A stretch of 64,000 nt of DNA from Pseudomonadales bacterium (lineage in GTDB: Bacteria > Pseudomonadota > Gammaproteobacteria > Pseudomonadales > JAHRWD01). This document shows, piece after piece, positions 20,040-32,140 of this stretch (position 1 is the stretch's first letter; every line of letters begins with the position of its first letter). The notes under the pieces are model-generated. The model was not told where the DNA came from. It saw nothing but the letters and a program-made list of their open reading frames with translations, and made no database searches. A program made the translations under genes and the position numbers. The stretch lies in contig JAHRWD010000014.1 of assembly GCA_019090315.1 (NCBI GenBank), forward strand, positions 9 through 64,008. The letters are read 5' to 3'.

Positions 20040-22451
20040 TTAATGAGTACTTATTTGCTTTTTGGCACTTGCTGCTGCTGATTTTTTACGGGTGCTCGCC
20101 GTCGATCTCTTTTTAGGCAGCGGCTTTGGGCTTCGTTCCAGCGCAATACTTAATACTTCATCGATCCACTTAACCGGGATGATATCCAGCTCATCCTTGA
20201 TATTGTCGGGGATCTCTTTCAAATCACGCAAATTTTCATCGGGAATCAATACCGTCGAAATCCCACCGCGATGTGCTGCAAGTAATTTTTCCTTAAGGCC
20301 GCCGATCGGTAACACCTGGCCACGAAGGGTAATTTCACCTGTCATAGCCACGTCTGAACGAACCGGTATATCGGTAAGGACCGATACCAGAGCAGTACAC
20401 ATGCCTACACCAGCACTTGGGCCATCCTTCGGTGTCGCGCCTTCGGGCACATGAATATGAATATCGGTAGTTTCATGGAAAGCAGAGTCAATACCAAGGG
20501 AGTCCGCTCGGCTTCGCACAACGGTTCTCGCTGCCTGGATAGATTCCTGCATCACATCACCCAGTGAGCCGGTGCTTACTACCTTGCCTGCCCCCTGCAT
20601 CGCAACGGCCTCAATAGTGAGCAATTCTCCACCCACCTGTGTCCAGGCCAGACCAGTAACCTGACCAATCTGGTTTTTCTCTTCGGCGCGACCATATTTA
20701 TGCCGCTGTACACCGAGGTAGTGCTCCAGGTTTTCAGTTGTTACCGCTACCGTTTTAACATTTTTCGAAACAACATTTTCCTTTACCAATTTACGGCACA
20801 GCTTTGCAAACTGCCGCTCAAGCTCACGAACACCGGCTTCCCGAGTGTAATAGCGAATCACGCCCAAAACTGCTTCATCATCGATAGTCAGTTCACCCTT
20901 TTTTAGACCGTTATTTCTGATCTGTTTGGGAATCAGGTATCGGTTAGCAATGTTGAGTTTTTCATCTTCGGTATAACCCGGTATCCGAATAACCTCCATA
21001 CGATCCAGTAATGGACCTGGGATATTCATAGTGTTCGCAGTACACACGAACATCACATCAGAAAGATCATAATCCACTTCAAGGTAATGGTCGTTGAAGG
21101 TGCTGTTTTGCTCCGGATCCAGCACTTCGAGTAGTGCGGACGCGGGATCACCACGCTGATCCATCCCCATTTTGTCTATTTCATCCAACAGGAATAGTGG
21201 GTTTTTAACCCCCGCTTTGGACATTTTTTGAACGAGTTTACCGGGCATTGACCCAATATAGGTTCTACGGTGACCGCGTATTTCCGCTTCATCCCGTACG
21301 CCGCCAAGGGACATCCGGACAAATTTCCGATTCGTGGCACGAGCGATCGACTCCCCCAACGAGGTTTTACCCACCCCCGGCGGCCCCACCAGACAGATAA
21401 CCGGTCCTTTTATCTTTCGAACCCGTTTCTGCACCGCAAGGTACTCGGTAACTCTCTCTTTTACATCAGCCAATCCATAATGATCTTCGTTGAGGATTTT
21501 TTCGGCTTTGTTGATATCGCTACTCACCTTGCTGCGTTTTTTCCACGGCAAGCCAAGTATCCAGTCAAGGTAACCCCGGACGACTGACGCCTCAGCAGAC
21601 ATCGGTGACATCATTTTCAGTTTATTCAGTTCAGCACTGGCCTTGTCCATCGCCTCTTTTGTCATGCCCGCTTCTTTGATACGAGCGTCAAACTGCTCCA
21701 TATCATTTCCACCAGTATCAAGATCCCCCATCTCCTTCTGGATCGCCTTCATCTGCTCGTTGAGATAATACTCCCGCTGGCTTTTTTCCATCTGGGTTTT
21801 AACCCGACCACGGATCCGCTTGTCGATCTGTATAAGATCGATTTCAGCTTCGATCAATTCAAGTAATTTTTCGATTCGTTCATCGAGCTTTTCCAGCCCG
21901 AGGATCTGCTGTTTTTCAGCTAGACCCAGTGCCATATGGGATGCAATCGTATCAACCAGACGCCGGTCATCATCAATGTCGGCTACTGAATCGGTCACCT
22001 CAGAAGGAATTTTTTTGCTGGTTTGGACAAATTGGTCAAAACGGCCACGCAGGGACCGAGAAAGTGTATCCAGGCTGCGCTCGTCAGATAATCCAACCTG
22101 CTCCGGAAGAGCCTTTACGTTAGCCTGATATTGGTTTGGCTCATCAATCAAGCCTAGTATTTCCGCTCGATGCTCACCCTCAACCAGTATTTTAACGGTG
22201 CCATCGGGTAGTCGAATCATCTGCAGTAACGTGGCGATAGTGCCTGTTTTATGAAGATCATCCAGACCCGGATCATCCACCGCCGCATCTTTTTGAGCAA
22301 CCAGGAATATTTTTTTTTCGGTTTCACGCGCTTCATTCAATGCCACAATTGATTTATCACGCCCCACAAATAGCGGGATAACCATATTGGGAAATACCAC
22401 TACATCACGTAGCGGCAATAGAGGCAGAACGTCTACTGTGTCTTCACTCAT
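20040..22451 (-). CDS. lon: ATP-dependent Lon protease
   Basis: N-terminal [13 protein letters not shown], Walker [10 protein letters not shown], and the catalytic PKDGPSAG. It has a Lys-rich C-terminal tail. Confidence 0.98.
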   Translation of the reverse strand: MSEDTVDVLPLLPLRDVVVFPNMVIPLFVGRDKSIVALNEARETEKKIFLVAQKDAAVDDPGLDDLHKTGTIATLLQMIRLPDGTVKILVEGEHRAEILGLIDEPNQYQANVKALPEQVGLSDERSLDTLSRSLRGRFDQFVQTSKKIPSEVTDSVADIDDDRRLVDTIASHMALGLAEKQQILGLEKLDERIEKLLELIEAEIDLIQIDKRIRGRVKTQMEKSQREYYLNEQMKAIQKEMGDLDTGGNDMEQFDARIKEAGMTKEAMDKASAELNKLKMMSPMSAEASVVRGYLDWILGLPWKKRSKVSSDINKAEKILNEDHYGLADVKERVTEYLAVQKRVRKIKGPVICLVGPPGVGKTSLGESIARATNRKFVRMSLGGVRDEAEIRGHRRTYIGSMPGKLVQKMSKAGVKNPLFLLDEIDKMGMDQRGDPASALLEVLDPEQNSTFNDHYLEVDYDLSDVMFVCTANTMNIPGPLLDRMEVIRIPGYTEDEKLNIANRYLIPKQIRNNGLKKGELTIDDEAVLGVIRYYTREAGVRELERQFAKLCRKLVKENVVSKNVKTVAVTTENLEHYLGVQRHKYGRAEEKNQIGQVTGLAWTQVGGELLTIEAVAMQGAGKVVSTGSLGDVMQESIQAARTVVRSRADSLGIDSAFHETTDIHIHVPEGATPKDGPSAGVGMCTALVSVLTDIPVRSDVAMTGEITLRGQVLPIGGLKEKLLAAHRGGISTVLIPDENLRDLKEIPDNIKDELDIIPVKWIDEVLSIALERSPKPLPKKRSTASTRKKSAAASAKKQISTH

Positions 22452-22530
22452 CTAAAAAACTCCAAACTGCGTCCAACCATGCGACAGAACACCCACAATG
22501 ACAGGGTCAAATTATTTATAATCACCACAA

Positions 22531-22559
22531 CAATGGGTATCCTTGACGAAAATTACAAG
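22531..22559 (-). promoter_or_regulatory. Sigma-32 (heat-shock)-like promoter candidate for lon
   Basis: The minus strand reads CTTGTAA-N14-ACCCATTG, against the consensus CTTGAAA-N13-15-CCCCATNT. It lies ~80 nt upstream of the lon start and just downstream of the clpX terminator. Confidence 0.45.
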
Positions 22560-22570
22560 CACACAGAACC

Positions 22571-22597
22571 AAAAAAAGGGCCAAAAGGCCCTTTTTT
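22571..22597 (-). terminator. Rho-independent terminator of clpX
   Basis: GGGCC-aaaa-GGCCC (22578-22591) flanked by A7 and T6. On the minus strand the hairpin is followed by U7. Confidence 0.85.
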
Positions 22598-22627
22598 AAT
22601 TCATCTAGCGTGGAAAAACAGATCCCG

Positions 22628-23926
22628 CTAATTTGCGTCCTGAGCGGCGACTTTGTCGTCATTCGTCTGCTCGTATACCAATAGTGGCTCAGAATCACCG
22701 GCAATCACATTTTCATCGACAATGACTCGATTCACACCCTCTTTGGTCGGCAGTTCGTACATTGTGTCTAACAATATGCCTTCCATAATTGATCGCAGGC
22801 CACGAGCACCGGTTTTCCGCTCCATTGCTTTAGCAGCAATCGCGCGCAGCGCATCTTCCCGAAAATCAATATCAACCCCTTCCATCTCAAACAGTTTTCC
22901 ATACTGCTTGGTAAGGGAGTTTTTCGGTTCAGTCAAAATTTGAATCAGCGCCGCTTCATCAAGCTCTTCCAATGTCGCGATAACCGGCAGACGACCGACA
23001 AACTCCGGGATCAACCCGAATTTAACCAGATCCTCCGGCTCGACATCCCGCAGGGTCTCACCAACCGCTTTTTCATTCTCTAAGCTTTTTACCGCTGCTG
23101 AAAAGCCAATTCCGCCCTTCATTGAACGGTCTTGAATCACCCGCTCCAGGCCAGAAAAGGCGCCACCACAGATAAACAGGATATTAGCAGTATTCACCTG
23201 CAAAAATTCCTGCTGTGGGTGCTTTCGTCCGCCCTGGGGCGGCACGGATGCAACGGTGCCTTCAATCAACTTAAGCAACGCTTGCTGAACACCTTCTCCC
23301 GATACGTCGCGCGTAATCGAAGGGTTATCTGATTTCCGGGAAATTTTGTCGATTTCATCAATGTAGACGATGCCGCGCTGCGCTTTTTCAACATCATAAT
23401 CGCATTTTTGCAGCAGCTTCTGGATAATATTCTCGACATCTTCACCGACATAACCCGCTTCGGTAAGAGTTGTAGCATCTGCAATGGTAAAGGGAACGTC
23501 GAGCAAACGGGCCAGTGTCTCTGCCAGAAGTGTTTTACCACTGCCGGTAGGTCCGATCAGCAGAATATTACTTTTACCAAGCTCTACGTCATCCTTGTTT
23601 TTACTATTGGACCCGTGATCCAGACGCTTATAGTGATTGTAAACAGCAACCGAGAGCACTTTTTTAGCCCAACTCTGGCCGATTACGTATTGATCGAGGG
23701 TTTCGTTAATCTCTACCGGCGTGGGCAATTTTTCCTGCTCAGTTTCGGTAGAGCTCTCCTCAATCTCTTCACGAATAATATCGTTGCAGAGATCTACACA
23801 TTCATCACATACAAATACCGATGGACCGGCTATTAATTTACGTACTTCGTGCTGACTTTTTCCGCAAAAAGAACAATATAGAAGCTTGCCGCCATCTTCG
23901 TTTTTACCGCCATTATCATCAGACAT
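22628..23926 (-). CDS. clpX: ATP-dependent Clp protease ATP-binding subunit ClpX
   Basis: Zinc-ribbon [26 protein letters not shown], and Walker A GPTGSGKT. Confidence 0.98.
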   Translation of the reverse strand: MSDDNGGKNEDGGKLLYCSFCGKSQHEVRKLIAGPSVFVCDECVDLCNDIIREEIEESSTETEQEKLPTPVEINETLDQYVIGQSWAKKVLSVAVYNHYKRLDHGSNSKNKDDVELGKSNILLIGPTGSGKTLLAETLARLLDVPFTIADATTLTEAGYVGEDVENIIQKLLQKCDYDVEKAQRGIVYIDEIDKISRKSDNPSITRDVSGEGVQQALLKLIEGTVASVPPQGGRKHPQQEFLQVNTANILFICGGAFSGLERVIQDRSMKGGIGFSAAVKSLENEKAVGETLRDVEPEDLVKFGLIPEFVGRLPVIATLEELDEAALIQILTEPKNSLTKQYGKLFEMEGVDIDFREDALRAIAAKAMERKTGARGLRSIMEGILLDTMYELPTKEGVNRVIVDENVIAGDSEPLLVYEQTNDDKVAAQDAN

Positions 23927-24049
23927 TGTTACACCCTACTGTATTCTATCTATCCAGGAGTCACTCGACTTCCATTTGTTTCCAGCCAAAGTATCCGAAA
24001 ATTGTCTTATCAGTCAATACCGAATATTTATGGCCATAATACTGTTTGG

Positions 24050-24655
24050 CTATTCGTCGCTCGCCGGAGCTGCGATTCTCTTCTCAAGAATCCCATCAAT
24101 TAAACCATATTTAACTGCGGTGGCGCTGTCCATAAAGTTATCGCGATCCGTATCTTCTGCGACTCTTTCAATATTTTGCCCGGTATGGTCAGCAAGTATA
24201 CGGTTCAGCTTATTCTTGATATCAATGATTTCCTGGGCATGAATAGCGATATCCGATGCCTGACCCTGAAAACCGCCAAGTGGCTGGTGAATCATAACCC
24301 TGGAGTTAGGCAGGCAATAACGCTTATCTGCTGCACCGCCGGCTAACAAAAGCGCGCCCATGCTGGCGGCCTGACCAACACAAAGTGTGCTGACATCTGG
24401 TTTTATGAACTGCATGGTATCGTAAATAGCCATACCTGCAGTGACTGATCCACCGGGGGAATTGATGTAAAGGTGGATATCTTTATCTGGGTTTTCAGAT
24501 TCAAGGAAGAGTAACTGAGCAACCACAAGATTGGCCATATGATCCTCAACTGGACCTACCAGGAAAATCACTCGCTCTTTCAGTAGTCTTGAAAATATAT
24601 CGTAGGATCGCTCCCCTCTCGAGGTTTGTTCTACAACCATTGGTACCAGAGCCAT
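24050..24655 (-). CDS. clpP: ATP-dependent Clp protease proteolytic subunit
   Basis: [29 protein letters not shown]...GQAASMGA... Confidence 0.98.
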   Translation of the reverse strand: MALVPMVVEQTSRGERSYDIFSRLLKERVIFLVGPVEDHMANLVVAQLLFLESENPDKDIHLYINSPGGSVTAGMAIYDTMQFIKPDVSTLCVGQAASMGALLLAGGAADKRYCLPNSRVMIHQPLGGFQGQASDIAIHAQEIIDIKNKLNRILADHTGQNIERVAEDTDRDNFMDSATAVKYGLIDGILEKRIAAPASDE

Positions 24656-24715
24656 TCTGCGTTTTCCTTATCTAAATGAGTAGTTGTTTACAGAATCCGG
24701 GTCAATCCCTCTGAA

Positions 24716-26035
24716 TCAGAAGGATTCGTTACCCGCGCTCTGCGTCATCAAATCTTTATAGTTATAGGTCTTGTCGACGACCTTGGCCGATTCAAGCATT
24801 TTTTCTACAACCAGCTCTTCTAATATAGCAGACTCGATAGATGCTAGCTCTTTATCGTTGTTGTAATACCACTCCACCACTTGCTGTGGCTCAGGATAGG
24901 CTGCGGCGGTTTCTTCAATTTTTTGGCGAACACGAGTAGCATCCGCTTCGATACCGTGCTCCCGTACGATTTCACTCACCAACAGGCTCAGTTTCAGCCT
25001 GCGCTCAGCTGTTTCGCGGTATCCGCTCATCAATGTTTCAAGAATCTCCGGCATCTCGTTGCCGCCACCCATTTGGGCACTGAACTGTTGGCCATACTGA
25101 GCCACTTCACGGTCAACCAGTGCTTTGGGTACTTCTACTTCATTTTTTTCAATTAGCTGTTCAAAAGCACTCTTTTTCTTCTGACTTATGACGGCGTTCT
25201 CAAGTTCACGTGTCATGTTGGTTTTTACAGTATCTTTAAACTCTTCAACCGATTTGTCTTCAAAACCGAACTCCTTGATAAACTCTTCGTCGAGTTCAGG
25301 CAGTTTCGATTCATTTACCTGATGAACTTTTACAGTAAATACCGCCGCCTTACCTGCCAATTCTTCCGATTTGTAGTCTTCCGGGAAAGTAAGATCAAGG
25401 GCTTTCTCTTCACCTGCTTTGGCGCCAATCAAACCGGTTTCAAAGCCGTCGATCATGGAGTTACTACCCAGCTCCAGATCAACTCCTTCGCCTTTTCCGC
25501 CTTCAAATGAATCGCCATCGATAGCACCATCGAAATCGATCTTCAGCTGGTCACCTTCAGCCGCGACACGATCCACTTCTATCCACTCGGCTTTTTGCTT
25601 TCGTAGGTTTTCAATCAGCTCATCCTGATCTTCCTGGCTGAGTTCTGAAACTGGATTCTCTACCTCAAGGCCAGAGAAATCATTTAGCTTCACTTCCGGA
25701 AATACTTCGATGACAGCAGTAAATTCAACATCTTTACCGAGCTCAACAGTGCCTGCATCGATTTCCGGTTCGCTAACCGGGTTCAGGTCTTCCTGTTGAA
25801 TGGCGCCGTAATAGCTTTCCTGAATGGCTTCACCCAATACCTCGTTGAGGATACTGTCGCCGTAGCGCTGGTGGATAACCCGCGCAGGTACTTTTCCAGC
25901 ACGGAAACCGTTTAGCGAAACTGTTTTAGTGGCTTCCTGGATTTTTTTATCCACCGCACCCTGAATTCGTTCGGATGGTACGACAATTGTTAGCTTACGC
26001 TCTAAACCAGAAAGGCTTTCCACAGAAACTTGCAT
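24716..26035 (-). CDS. tig: Trigger factor
   Basis: MQVSVESLSGLERKLTIVVP...GFRAGKVP. Conserved position upstream of clpP. Confidence 0.97.
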   Translation of the reverse strand: MQVSVESLSGLERKLTIVVPSERIQGAVDKKIQEATKTVSLNGFRAGKVPARVIHQRYGDSILNEVLGEAIQESYYGAIQQEDLNPVSEPEIDAGTVELGKDVEFTAVIEVFPEVKLNDFSGLEVENPVSELSQEDQDELIENLRKQKAEWIEVDRVAAEGDQLKIDFDGAIDGDSFEGGKGEGVDLELGSNSMIDGFETGLIGAKAGEEKALDLTFPEDYKSEELAGKAAVFTVKVHQVNESKLPELDEEFIKEFGFEDKSVEEFKDTVKTNMTRELENAVISQKKKSAFEQLIEKNEVEVPKALVDREVAQYGQQFSAQMGGGNEMPEILETLMSGYRETAERRLKLSLLVSEIVREHGIEADATRVRQKIEETAAAYPEPQQVVEWYYNNDKELASIESAILEELVVEKMLESAKVVDKTYNYKDLMTQSAGNESF

Positions 26036-26125
26036 TTTTTTTCCTCACGAGGGTAGTAAACCGGAGACAACGGGACAGGAACCGCGCTAAATCCGCTAAC
26101 TATTTTGATCTATTAAGGGAATATA

Positions 26126-26211
<86 letters not shown>

Positions 26212-26381
26212 TTTTTTGAATTTTCGAGACCAAGTCGGGTGTAACAGCGGGCTGAACATATATCGTACAACATGCCACGAGTATTCCTGCTTACTTGATC
26301 AGCCGACGAAACCTTGACCGGCTAAATTCGAGCGCAGGATTCTCCCATAATATGCATCACGGCACAAGAAGACTCTTCAAT

Positions 26382-26744
26382 TTACATTGTGTGGGTGGGT
26401 CTGCCGGACTCAAGCGATCCAGCCAGGTAATTCTCGATTTTTTGCCTGGCAACACTGTCATCGGCGAATTGCACGCCGATCCCTGCAGCACGACTATTCT
26501 GAGCGCCCTGGGGGGTCACCCATACGACTTTGCCAGCTACCGGTAGTTTTTCCGGCTCCTCCATCAGATTGAGCAACATAAAAACCTCATCACCCAGCCG
26601 GTACTGCTTACTGGTCGGGATAAACAGCCCGCCATTGGTAATAAACGGCATATAAGCAGCGTATAAAATTGCTTTATCTTTTATGGTTAAAGATAAAATT
26701 CCATTGCCGGAGGCTTGCTTGGGTCTCACGTCTCTATTTCTCAC
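26382..26744 (-). CDS. pilZ: Type IV pilus assembly protein PilZ
   Basis: GILSLTIKDKAILYAAYMPFITNGGLFIPT...VVWVTPQGAQ...GIGVQF is near-identical in pattern to P. aeruginosa PilZ. The conserved neighbour is holB. Confidence 0.93.
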   Translation of the reverse strand: MRNRDVRPKQASGNGILSLTIKDKAILYAAYMPFITNGGLFIPTSKQYRLGDEVFMLLNLMEEPEKLPVAGKVVWVTPQGAQNSRAAGIGVQFADDSVARQKIENYLAGSLESGRPTHTM

Positions 26745-26886
26745 TCTCTCATGTCATTGGATAGATAGGCCTTCGCTATTTTTTTACGCCTATTGAAGCT
26801 AACTATAGTTCATTTCCAATCATGCAGCCGTATTGTTAATCCGAAGGGGGACATGCTCAGGCATGCTGTGAGCAATCACTGTTCCT

Positions 26887-27906
26887 TCAGCCCCTGATAT
26901 TCCGCGGCCGCATCAGTCGCTGCCAACTCATTAGAAGGTTTTCGAGAATGAGCTGTTTATTGATATTGGATACCGCACAGCTATCCAGAAATGCCCTCTG
27001 AACTATATAGCCAAAGGATAATAGCACCATGAGCGAGACCTGCCGAACCTGTTCATCAAGGTTTGTGCACCCAGTTTCAACATTTTCTACAGAAGAGCTA
27101 TTTTGTGCTTTGGCAACACCAGCAATCCAGCTCGAAATCCAGCATAGCAGCTCGGTTTGCTCCGAATCCATCAAGGACTTGGCCTCTATCGTCGGGTTAG
27201 AACGCCCGGTAATGAGTGATTCCAGGCTTGTGAACAGCGCTGTATATCTTTGCTTACACGCGTCCGAGATCAACCTCTGGGCCGCTAACGGCGCGCCTGC
27301 AGCTAATAATACCGGCAGCTCGCAGGATTCACTACCTGTATTTTGCTGCTGTAGCCATTCAATCGTGGTCCGTCGATCCGGAGCCGAAAAATTGATACGC
27401 TGGCAACGGCTTCGCACGGTAATTGGCAGCTGCATCTCGCGGCTACTCACCAAAAAAAAGAAGGTATTCGCAGGTGGTTCCTCAAGGTTTTTTAACAGCG
27501 CATTAGCCGCGTTGCGGTTCATGCGATCCGCCTCTTCTATCAATACAACCTTTGCAATTCCAGATTCTGAGGTACAGTTTACGAACTCATTTAGCGATCT
27601 GATTTCATCCACTTTTATCGCACTACCGGGTTTCTCGGGGCTAATTTTTAGAACGTCGGGGTGCACTTCAGCGAGGATCAATCGGCAATTTCTGCATTCG
27701 CTACAGCCCAATCCATTTTGCAGTGACAAGCAAAAAATATGCTGCGTCAGTGCAGCAGCATACTCCCGCTTGCCAAGCCCTGATACACCACAAAATATCT
27801 GTGCATGGGACATCAATCCGGACCCAAAGCTATCCAGCGATTTTTGCCACTGGGCAATTTGCCAGGGTAACGGGATCTGCAGCGGATCGGTTTGCACAAT
27901 GGTCAT
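26887..27906 (-). CDS. holB: DNA polymerase III subunit delta'
   Basis: Contains HAQIFCGVSGLGK, the zinc-module-like C..C..C.NC, and SRCQ. ATGA overlap with tmk. Confidence 0.9.
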   Translation of the reverse strand: MTIVQTDPLQIPLPWQIAQWQKSLDSFGSGLMSHAQIFCGVSGLGKREYAAALTQHIFCLSLQNGLGCSECRNCRLILAEVHPDVLKISPEKPGSAIKVDEIRSLNEFVNCTSESGIAKVVLIEEADRMNRNAANALLKNLEEPPANTFFFLVSSREMQLPITVRSRCQRINFSAPDRRTTIEWLQQQNTGSESCELPVLLAAGAPLAAQRLISDACKQRYTALFTSLESLITGRSNPTIEAKSLMDSEQTELLCWISSWIAGVAKAQNSSSVENVETGCTNLDEQVRQVSLMVLLSFGYIVQRAFLDSCAVSNINKQLILENLLMSWQRLMRPRNIRG

Positions 27907-28547
27907 AAGGAAAGGTCAGCGAACCAACTGTCAAGAATACCAACAATTTGCTGACCAACCTGCTCCGGAGTTCGGCTCGCATCGATCACCTTAATCCGAC
28001 CAGGGTGTTCATCCGCACGCTCACGATAACGAGTACGTACCTGCTCAAAAAACGCTTGCTGCTCCAGTTCAAACCTATCCGGCTCGCTGCGCTGCCTTGC
28101 ACGCTCAAGACCCAACTCAACCGGCAGATCAAGCAATAGCGTCAGCTGCGGTTGAAAGCCTCCCTGGACCAGTTTTTCCAGTTCAGAAATTTGATGGTTT
28201 GAAAGCCCTCGACCACCACCCTGATACGCATAGGTAGCATCAGTAAAGCGGTCACTCAATACCCATTTTCCTGCTTCAAGGTTTGGCCTGACCCAACTAT
28301 TGAGATGTTGCGCCCGAGCGGCGAATACCAACAGAAGCTCAGCCAGACTATCAACCTCTTCAGTTCTGGTTTCGAGCAATATCTCACGAATCTGCTCAGC
28401 CAACGGGGTGCCCCCGGGCTCGCGAGTACAGAGCAACGGTAGTGAATTAGACGTAGCCCACTCCTGAACATACTGGATACAGGTGGATTTCCCTGCTCCC
28501 TCTGTCCCCTCTACTGTAATAAAATAGCCAGGCATTGGTGTCGTCAT
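27903..28547 (-). CDS. tmk: Thymidylate kinase
   Basis: YFITVEGTEGAGKST P-loop. The start was chosen at the ATG at 28547 (MTTPMPGYF...), because the longer ORF to 28691 would overlap mltG. Confidence 0.92.
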   Translation of the reverse strand: MTTPMPGYFITVEGTEGAGKSTCIQYVQEWATSNSLPLLCTREPGGTPLAEQIREILLETRTEEVDSLAELLLVFAARAQHLNSWVRPNLEAGKWVLSDRFTDATYAYQGGGRGLSNHQISELEKLVQGGFQPQLTLLLDLPVELGLERARQRSEPDRFELEQQAFFEQVRTRYRERADEHPGRIKVIDASRTPEQVGQQIVGILDSWFADLSL

Positions 28548-28557
28548 CTGTTGTTCC

Positions 28558-29610
28558 TTATTTCCCCGCCGCACGGGTTGGGTGCGAGCGATAGTCTTTT
28601 CTGCGGCCGCTTCGTTGGTATTTCTCCACCGCTTTTTGGTGCTCTGCCAGTGTGGCAGAAAAATGATGGCTGCCGTCACCTTTTCCAACAAAGTAGAGCG
28701 CGTTTCCTTCGGCAGGGTGTAGCGCCGCTTCTATGGATGCCTTACCCGGTATAGCAATTGGACCCGGCGGCAATGCCTTGATCCGGTAAGTATTATAGGG
28801 TGTGGTGCGTTTCAAATCGCTCCTTCTGATATTGCCCTTGTACTGCTCACCCATCCCGAAAATCACCGTCGGGTCCGACTGCAATCGCATGCCTAATTTT
28901 AATCGGCGTACAAATACACCAGCAATCTCTGCTCGCTCCCCCGCCGAACCGGTTTCTTTTTCGATAATCGACGCCATCACCAGCGCTTCATCCGCGGTTG
29001 CATATGGTAACCCTTGCTCGCGCCGCTGCCATGCACTTGCCAAAACCTGCTGCATTTGAGCTGAGGCACTCATGAGCAGATCCATATCTGTAGTGGATGC
29101 AGTGTAGAGATAGGTATCGGGGTAAAAGCGACCCTCGGGGGATATTCCGTTCATTCCGATTGCTGCCATAATTTGTTGCGCTGTCATATCAGATGTTTCT
29201 GATCGCAACTGCGGTGCACGGGAAAGCGCGGCACGAATATCCTTAAAGGTCCAACCCTCAATAAGGGTCACTGGAAGTTGAATGACGTTGCCGACAACCA
29301 GCATCTTTACAAACTCCACCGGATTAATACCCTGTGGCAATCTGTACTCTCCCGCCTGAATCAAGTTCGCCTGCCCGGTTAGACGCACGTACCAGACAAG
29401 TGGCTGGGTATATTCGATGATCTCTTGCTGAGCTAATTTGTGTGCGACGGAGCCGATAGTACTGCCCCTGTTGACGACCACCGTGGTGCCCTTCACGCCC
29501 ACATTCATCGGCTCTGAGATGGCTCGATCAAATAAATACGCAAGAACAACAGATGCTGATAGCAACGCTACCATGATCAAAACAATCAGTTTCCAGAAAA
29601 GATTTTTCAC
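28558..29610 (-). CDS. mltG: Endolytic peptidoglycan transglycosylase MltG (YceG family)
   Basis: An N-terminal TM segment, then the YceG-like body (..ASIIEKET..., NTYRIKALPPGPIAIPG). The proposed GTG start at 29610 forms a GTGA overlap with the pabC stop. The ORF track extends to 29676. Confidence 0.88.
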   Translation of the reverse strand: MKNLFWKLIVLIMVALLSASVVLAYLFDRAISEPMNVGVKGTTVVVNRGSTIGSVAHKLAQQEIIEYTQPLVWYVRLTGQANLIQAGEYRLPQGINPVEFVKMLVVGNVIQLPVTLIEGWTFKDIRAALSRAPQLRSETSDMTAQQIMAAIGMNGISPEGRFYPDTYLYTASTTDMDLLMSASAQMQQVLASAWQRREQGLPYATADEALVMASIIEKETGSAGERAEIAGVFVRRLKLGMRLQSDPTVIFGMGEQYKGNIRRSDLKRTTPYNTYRIKALPPGPIAIPGKASIEAALHPAEGNALYFVGKGDGSHHFSATLAEHQKAVEKYQRSGRRKDYRSHPTRAAGK

Positions 29611-30479
29611 TGGGGAAACAGTGTTGATGCAACGAGGGACTGGAATTTTTTCGCCACTGGAAAACCGGAAGACCATTGTGTTTGTGTGCGTAGATCGCCG
29701 GTGTCATCAACTAACAGTCGCACTGGCCAGATACCAAACACACTGTTGCAGATAAACATCTCTTCCGCATCAAACAACTCCTCCAGCTCAAGCGACCTGA
29801 TTTGAGGGATAAAACCAAGACGCTCGGCATGTTCCAGGATAAAATTGCGCATCACCCCAGCTACACCTGAATGTGAAAGATCGGCAGCGAGTAATTGACC
29901 GCCTTTGACCACAAAAAAGCTGCTCATGGTTCCATCCACAACATGACCCCGCAGGTCACGCATCAGCCCTTCAGCATATTCATTACTCCACTCCGAGCGC
30001 GCGATCACCTGTTCAAGCCGATTAAGGTGTTTAATACCCGCTAACAAAGGGTTAGTGCCAAGCCGAGTTGCACAAATACGAACAGCAGCGCCAGCGTGAT
30101 AACAATCAGGATGAGGGATAGCGTAGTCAGAGCAGAACAGGATGCGTGTTGGGTTGTCCACCCCCTCAGGGGAATATCCACGCTTACCCGAACCTCGGGT
30201 AATGATCACTTTGATCAACTGGTTCGGTGTGACTGCGTGAGCTGCAGGACTAAGAAGTTGTTCTAGCTCAGCCTCTAACAAATCAAGCTGGAGCTTGATG
30301 CCCAACCGCTGACAGCCCGACTGCAATCGGTTTTTGTGATAATTCCAGAGAGGTATCTGTCCATCCCTGACCCGGAGGGTTTCGAACAGACCGTCACCAT
30401 AGGCCAGCCCCCTGTCAGTAACGGAGATCGAGCTGGTCTCGACCCCGTTAACCAGAACAGTATCGCCATTTGATGACAT
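29607..30479 (-). CDS. pabC: Aminodeoxychorismate lyase (class IV aminotransferase fold)
   Basis: Contains RGLAYGDGLFET and KHLNRLEQV. Conserved position between fabF and mltG. Confidence 0.88.
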   Translation of the reverse strand: MSSNGDTVLVNGVETSSISVTDRGLAYGDGLFETLRVRDGQIPLWNYHKNRLQSGCQRLGIKLQLDLLEAELEQLLSPAAHAVTPNQLIKVIITRGSGKRGYSPEGVDNPTRILFCSDYAIPHPDCYHAGAAVRICATRLGTNPLLAGIKHLNRLEQVIARSEWSNEYAEGLMRDLRGHVVDGTMSSFFVVKGGQLLAADLSHSGVAGVMRNFILEHAERLGFIPQIRSLELEELFDAEEMFICNSVFGIWPVRLLVDDTGDLRTQTQWSSGFPVAKKFQSLVASTLFPQ

Positions 30480-30517
30480 GATTGTATGATCCTGAATTCA
30501 GGAACAAGAATGGTTTC

Positions 30518-31759
30518 TTAACGTAACTTGCTAAAGATCACTGAACCGTTGGTACCGCCAAAACCGAAGGAGTTTGAAATAACAGTATCCAGTTTCAAGT
30601 TTCGTGCTGTGTTAGCCACATAATCCAGATGACAGCCTTCATCAGGGTTTTCCAGATTAATGGTGGGGGGTGCTACCTGATCGATAAGCGCCTTAATACA
30701 AAAGATGGCTTCAACCGCTCCCGCTGCACCAAGAAGATGACCAATAGAGGATTTAGTGGAGCTCATCACCAGCTTTTTAGCGTGGTCACCAAACACTGAC
30801 TCGGCTGCCTGGGATTCGGCAATATCACCTGCGGGAGTGGAGGTCCCGTGAGCATTAATATAATCCATCTGATCGGGGTTTATACCCGCATCTGCAATCG
30901 CAGCTTTCATCGCCGCCGCTGCACCACGGCCATTTTCCGGTGGTGATGTCATATGGAACGCGTCAGCACTCATGCCAAAACCGGTCAGCTCGGCAAGGAT
31001 ATTCGCACCCCTTGCTTTGGCAAACTCATACTCTTCCAGCACGATTGCACCGGCGCCGTCACCCAGTACAAAACCGTCACGATCACGATCCCAGGGTCGG
31101 CTTGCGGCCTGTGGATCATCATTTCGGGTTGATAGCGCTCGTGCTGCACCAAATCCAGCAACACCCAATTCAGAGGTCGCCATTTCAGCCCCGCCGGCGA
31201 TCATCACATCCGCATCACCATAGGCGATCATACGGGCAGCCATGCCGATATTGTGGGTTCCGGTAGTACAGGCAGTTGCAATGGAGATGTTGGGGCCACG
31301 GTACCCGTACAAAATAGAGAGGTTGCCGGCAATCATATTGACGATAGAACCTGGAATAAAGAATGGTGAAATTCGTTTGGCGCCCTTATCGCGATATAGA
31401 TCACGATTTTTCTCAATATTCGGCAAGCCGCCAATTCCGGAACCGATGGCTACACCAACTCGATCTGCCTGCTCTTCGGTAATTTCCAGGCCTGCATCTT
31501 TTATCGCCTGAATACCGGCGACCATTCCATATTGAATGAACAGATCCTGCCTTTTGGCATCTTTGGCTGAGTAGTACTCAGACACATCAAGGTTTTTCAC
31601 AGAGGCGGCAAACTGCGTACCAAGCCCTGACACATCAAAGGTTTCGATCGTAGCTACGCCACTTTCACCCTTAAGAATGTTTTCCCAGGTCTCATCAACA
31701 GTGTTACCCAGGGGACTAACCATACCCATACCAGTAACTACTATGCGACGTTTGGACAC
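30518..31759 (-). CDS. fabF: 3-oxoacyl-ACP synthase II
   Basis: [20 protein letters not shown]... matches the FabF N-terminus. The GTG start at 31759 has GGAG 7 nt upstream and gives 413 aa. The ORF track start at 31783 is probably too long. Confidence 0.95.
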   Translation of the reverse strand: MSKRRIVVTGMGMVSPLGNTVDETWENILKGESGVATIETFDVSGLGTQFAASVKNLDVSEYYSAKDAKRQDLFIQYGMVAGIQAIKDAGLEITEEQADRVGVAIGSGIGGLPNIEKNRDLYRDKGAKRISPFFIPGSIVNMIAGNLSILYGYRGPNISIATACTTGTHNIGMAARMIAYGDADVMIAGGAEMATSELGVAGFGAARALSTRNDDPQAASRPWDRDRDGFVLGDGAGAIVLEEYEFAKARGANILAELTGFGMSADAFHMTSPPENGRGAAAAMKAAIADAGINPDQMDYINAHGTSTPAGDIAESQAAESVFGDHAKKLVMSSTKSSIGHLLGAAGAVEAIFCIKALIDQVAPPTINLENPDEGCHLDYVANTARNLKLDTVISNSFGFGGTNGSVIFSKLR

Positions 31760-31857
31760 TTCCGAACTCCTTATTCCAGCCAAAAGAAAAGCCGCCTTAC
31801 AGATGCAAGAACGGCTTTACGATACTACTTCAACCATCAAATTCTTGCGAGTTTGAT

Positions 31858-32091
31858 TTAGCCGTTTGCTTCGACGTAATCAATCGCTTCCTGAACAGAT
31901 GTGATTTTTTCTGCATCATCATCAGGAATTTCGGTCTCGAACTCATCTTCAAGAGCCATCACCAGTTCAACGGTGTCTAGCGAGTCAGCGCCAAGGTCTT
32001 CAACGAAAGATGCTGTACCTACAACCTCTTCCTCTTTAACGCCCAGTTGCTCACAAACAATTTTCTTTACACGTTCTTCTATTGTGCTCAT
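31858..32091 (-). CDS. acpP: Acyl carrier protein
   Basis: [31 protein letters not shown]-type sequence with the DSLD phosphopantetheine site. Confidence 0.98.
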   Translation of the reverse strand: MSTIEERVKKIVCEQLGVKEEEVVGTASFVEDLGADSLDTVELVMALEDEFETEIPDDDAEKITSVQEAIDYVEANG

Positions 32092-32140
32092 GGTTGTTCA
32101 AACACTCCTAACCTAGGTGGTCTTATCTATTTATGAATAG

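Noticed and set aside
27029-27994. 321-aa ORF on the + strand
   Set aside because: It is entirely antisense to holB and tmk, whose translations carry clear family motifs. The antisense product is Ser/Cys-rich with no recognisable motif, so it is most likely a shadow ORF.
28548-28691. 48-codon N-terminal extension of tmk in the ORF track
   Set aside because: It would overlap the 3' end of mltG and adds non-homologous sequence ahead of the P-loop. The ATG at 28547 gives a normal-length Tmk.
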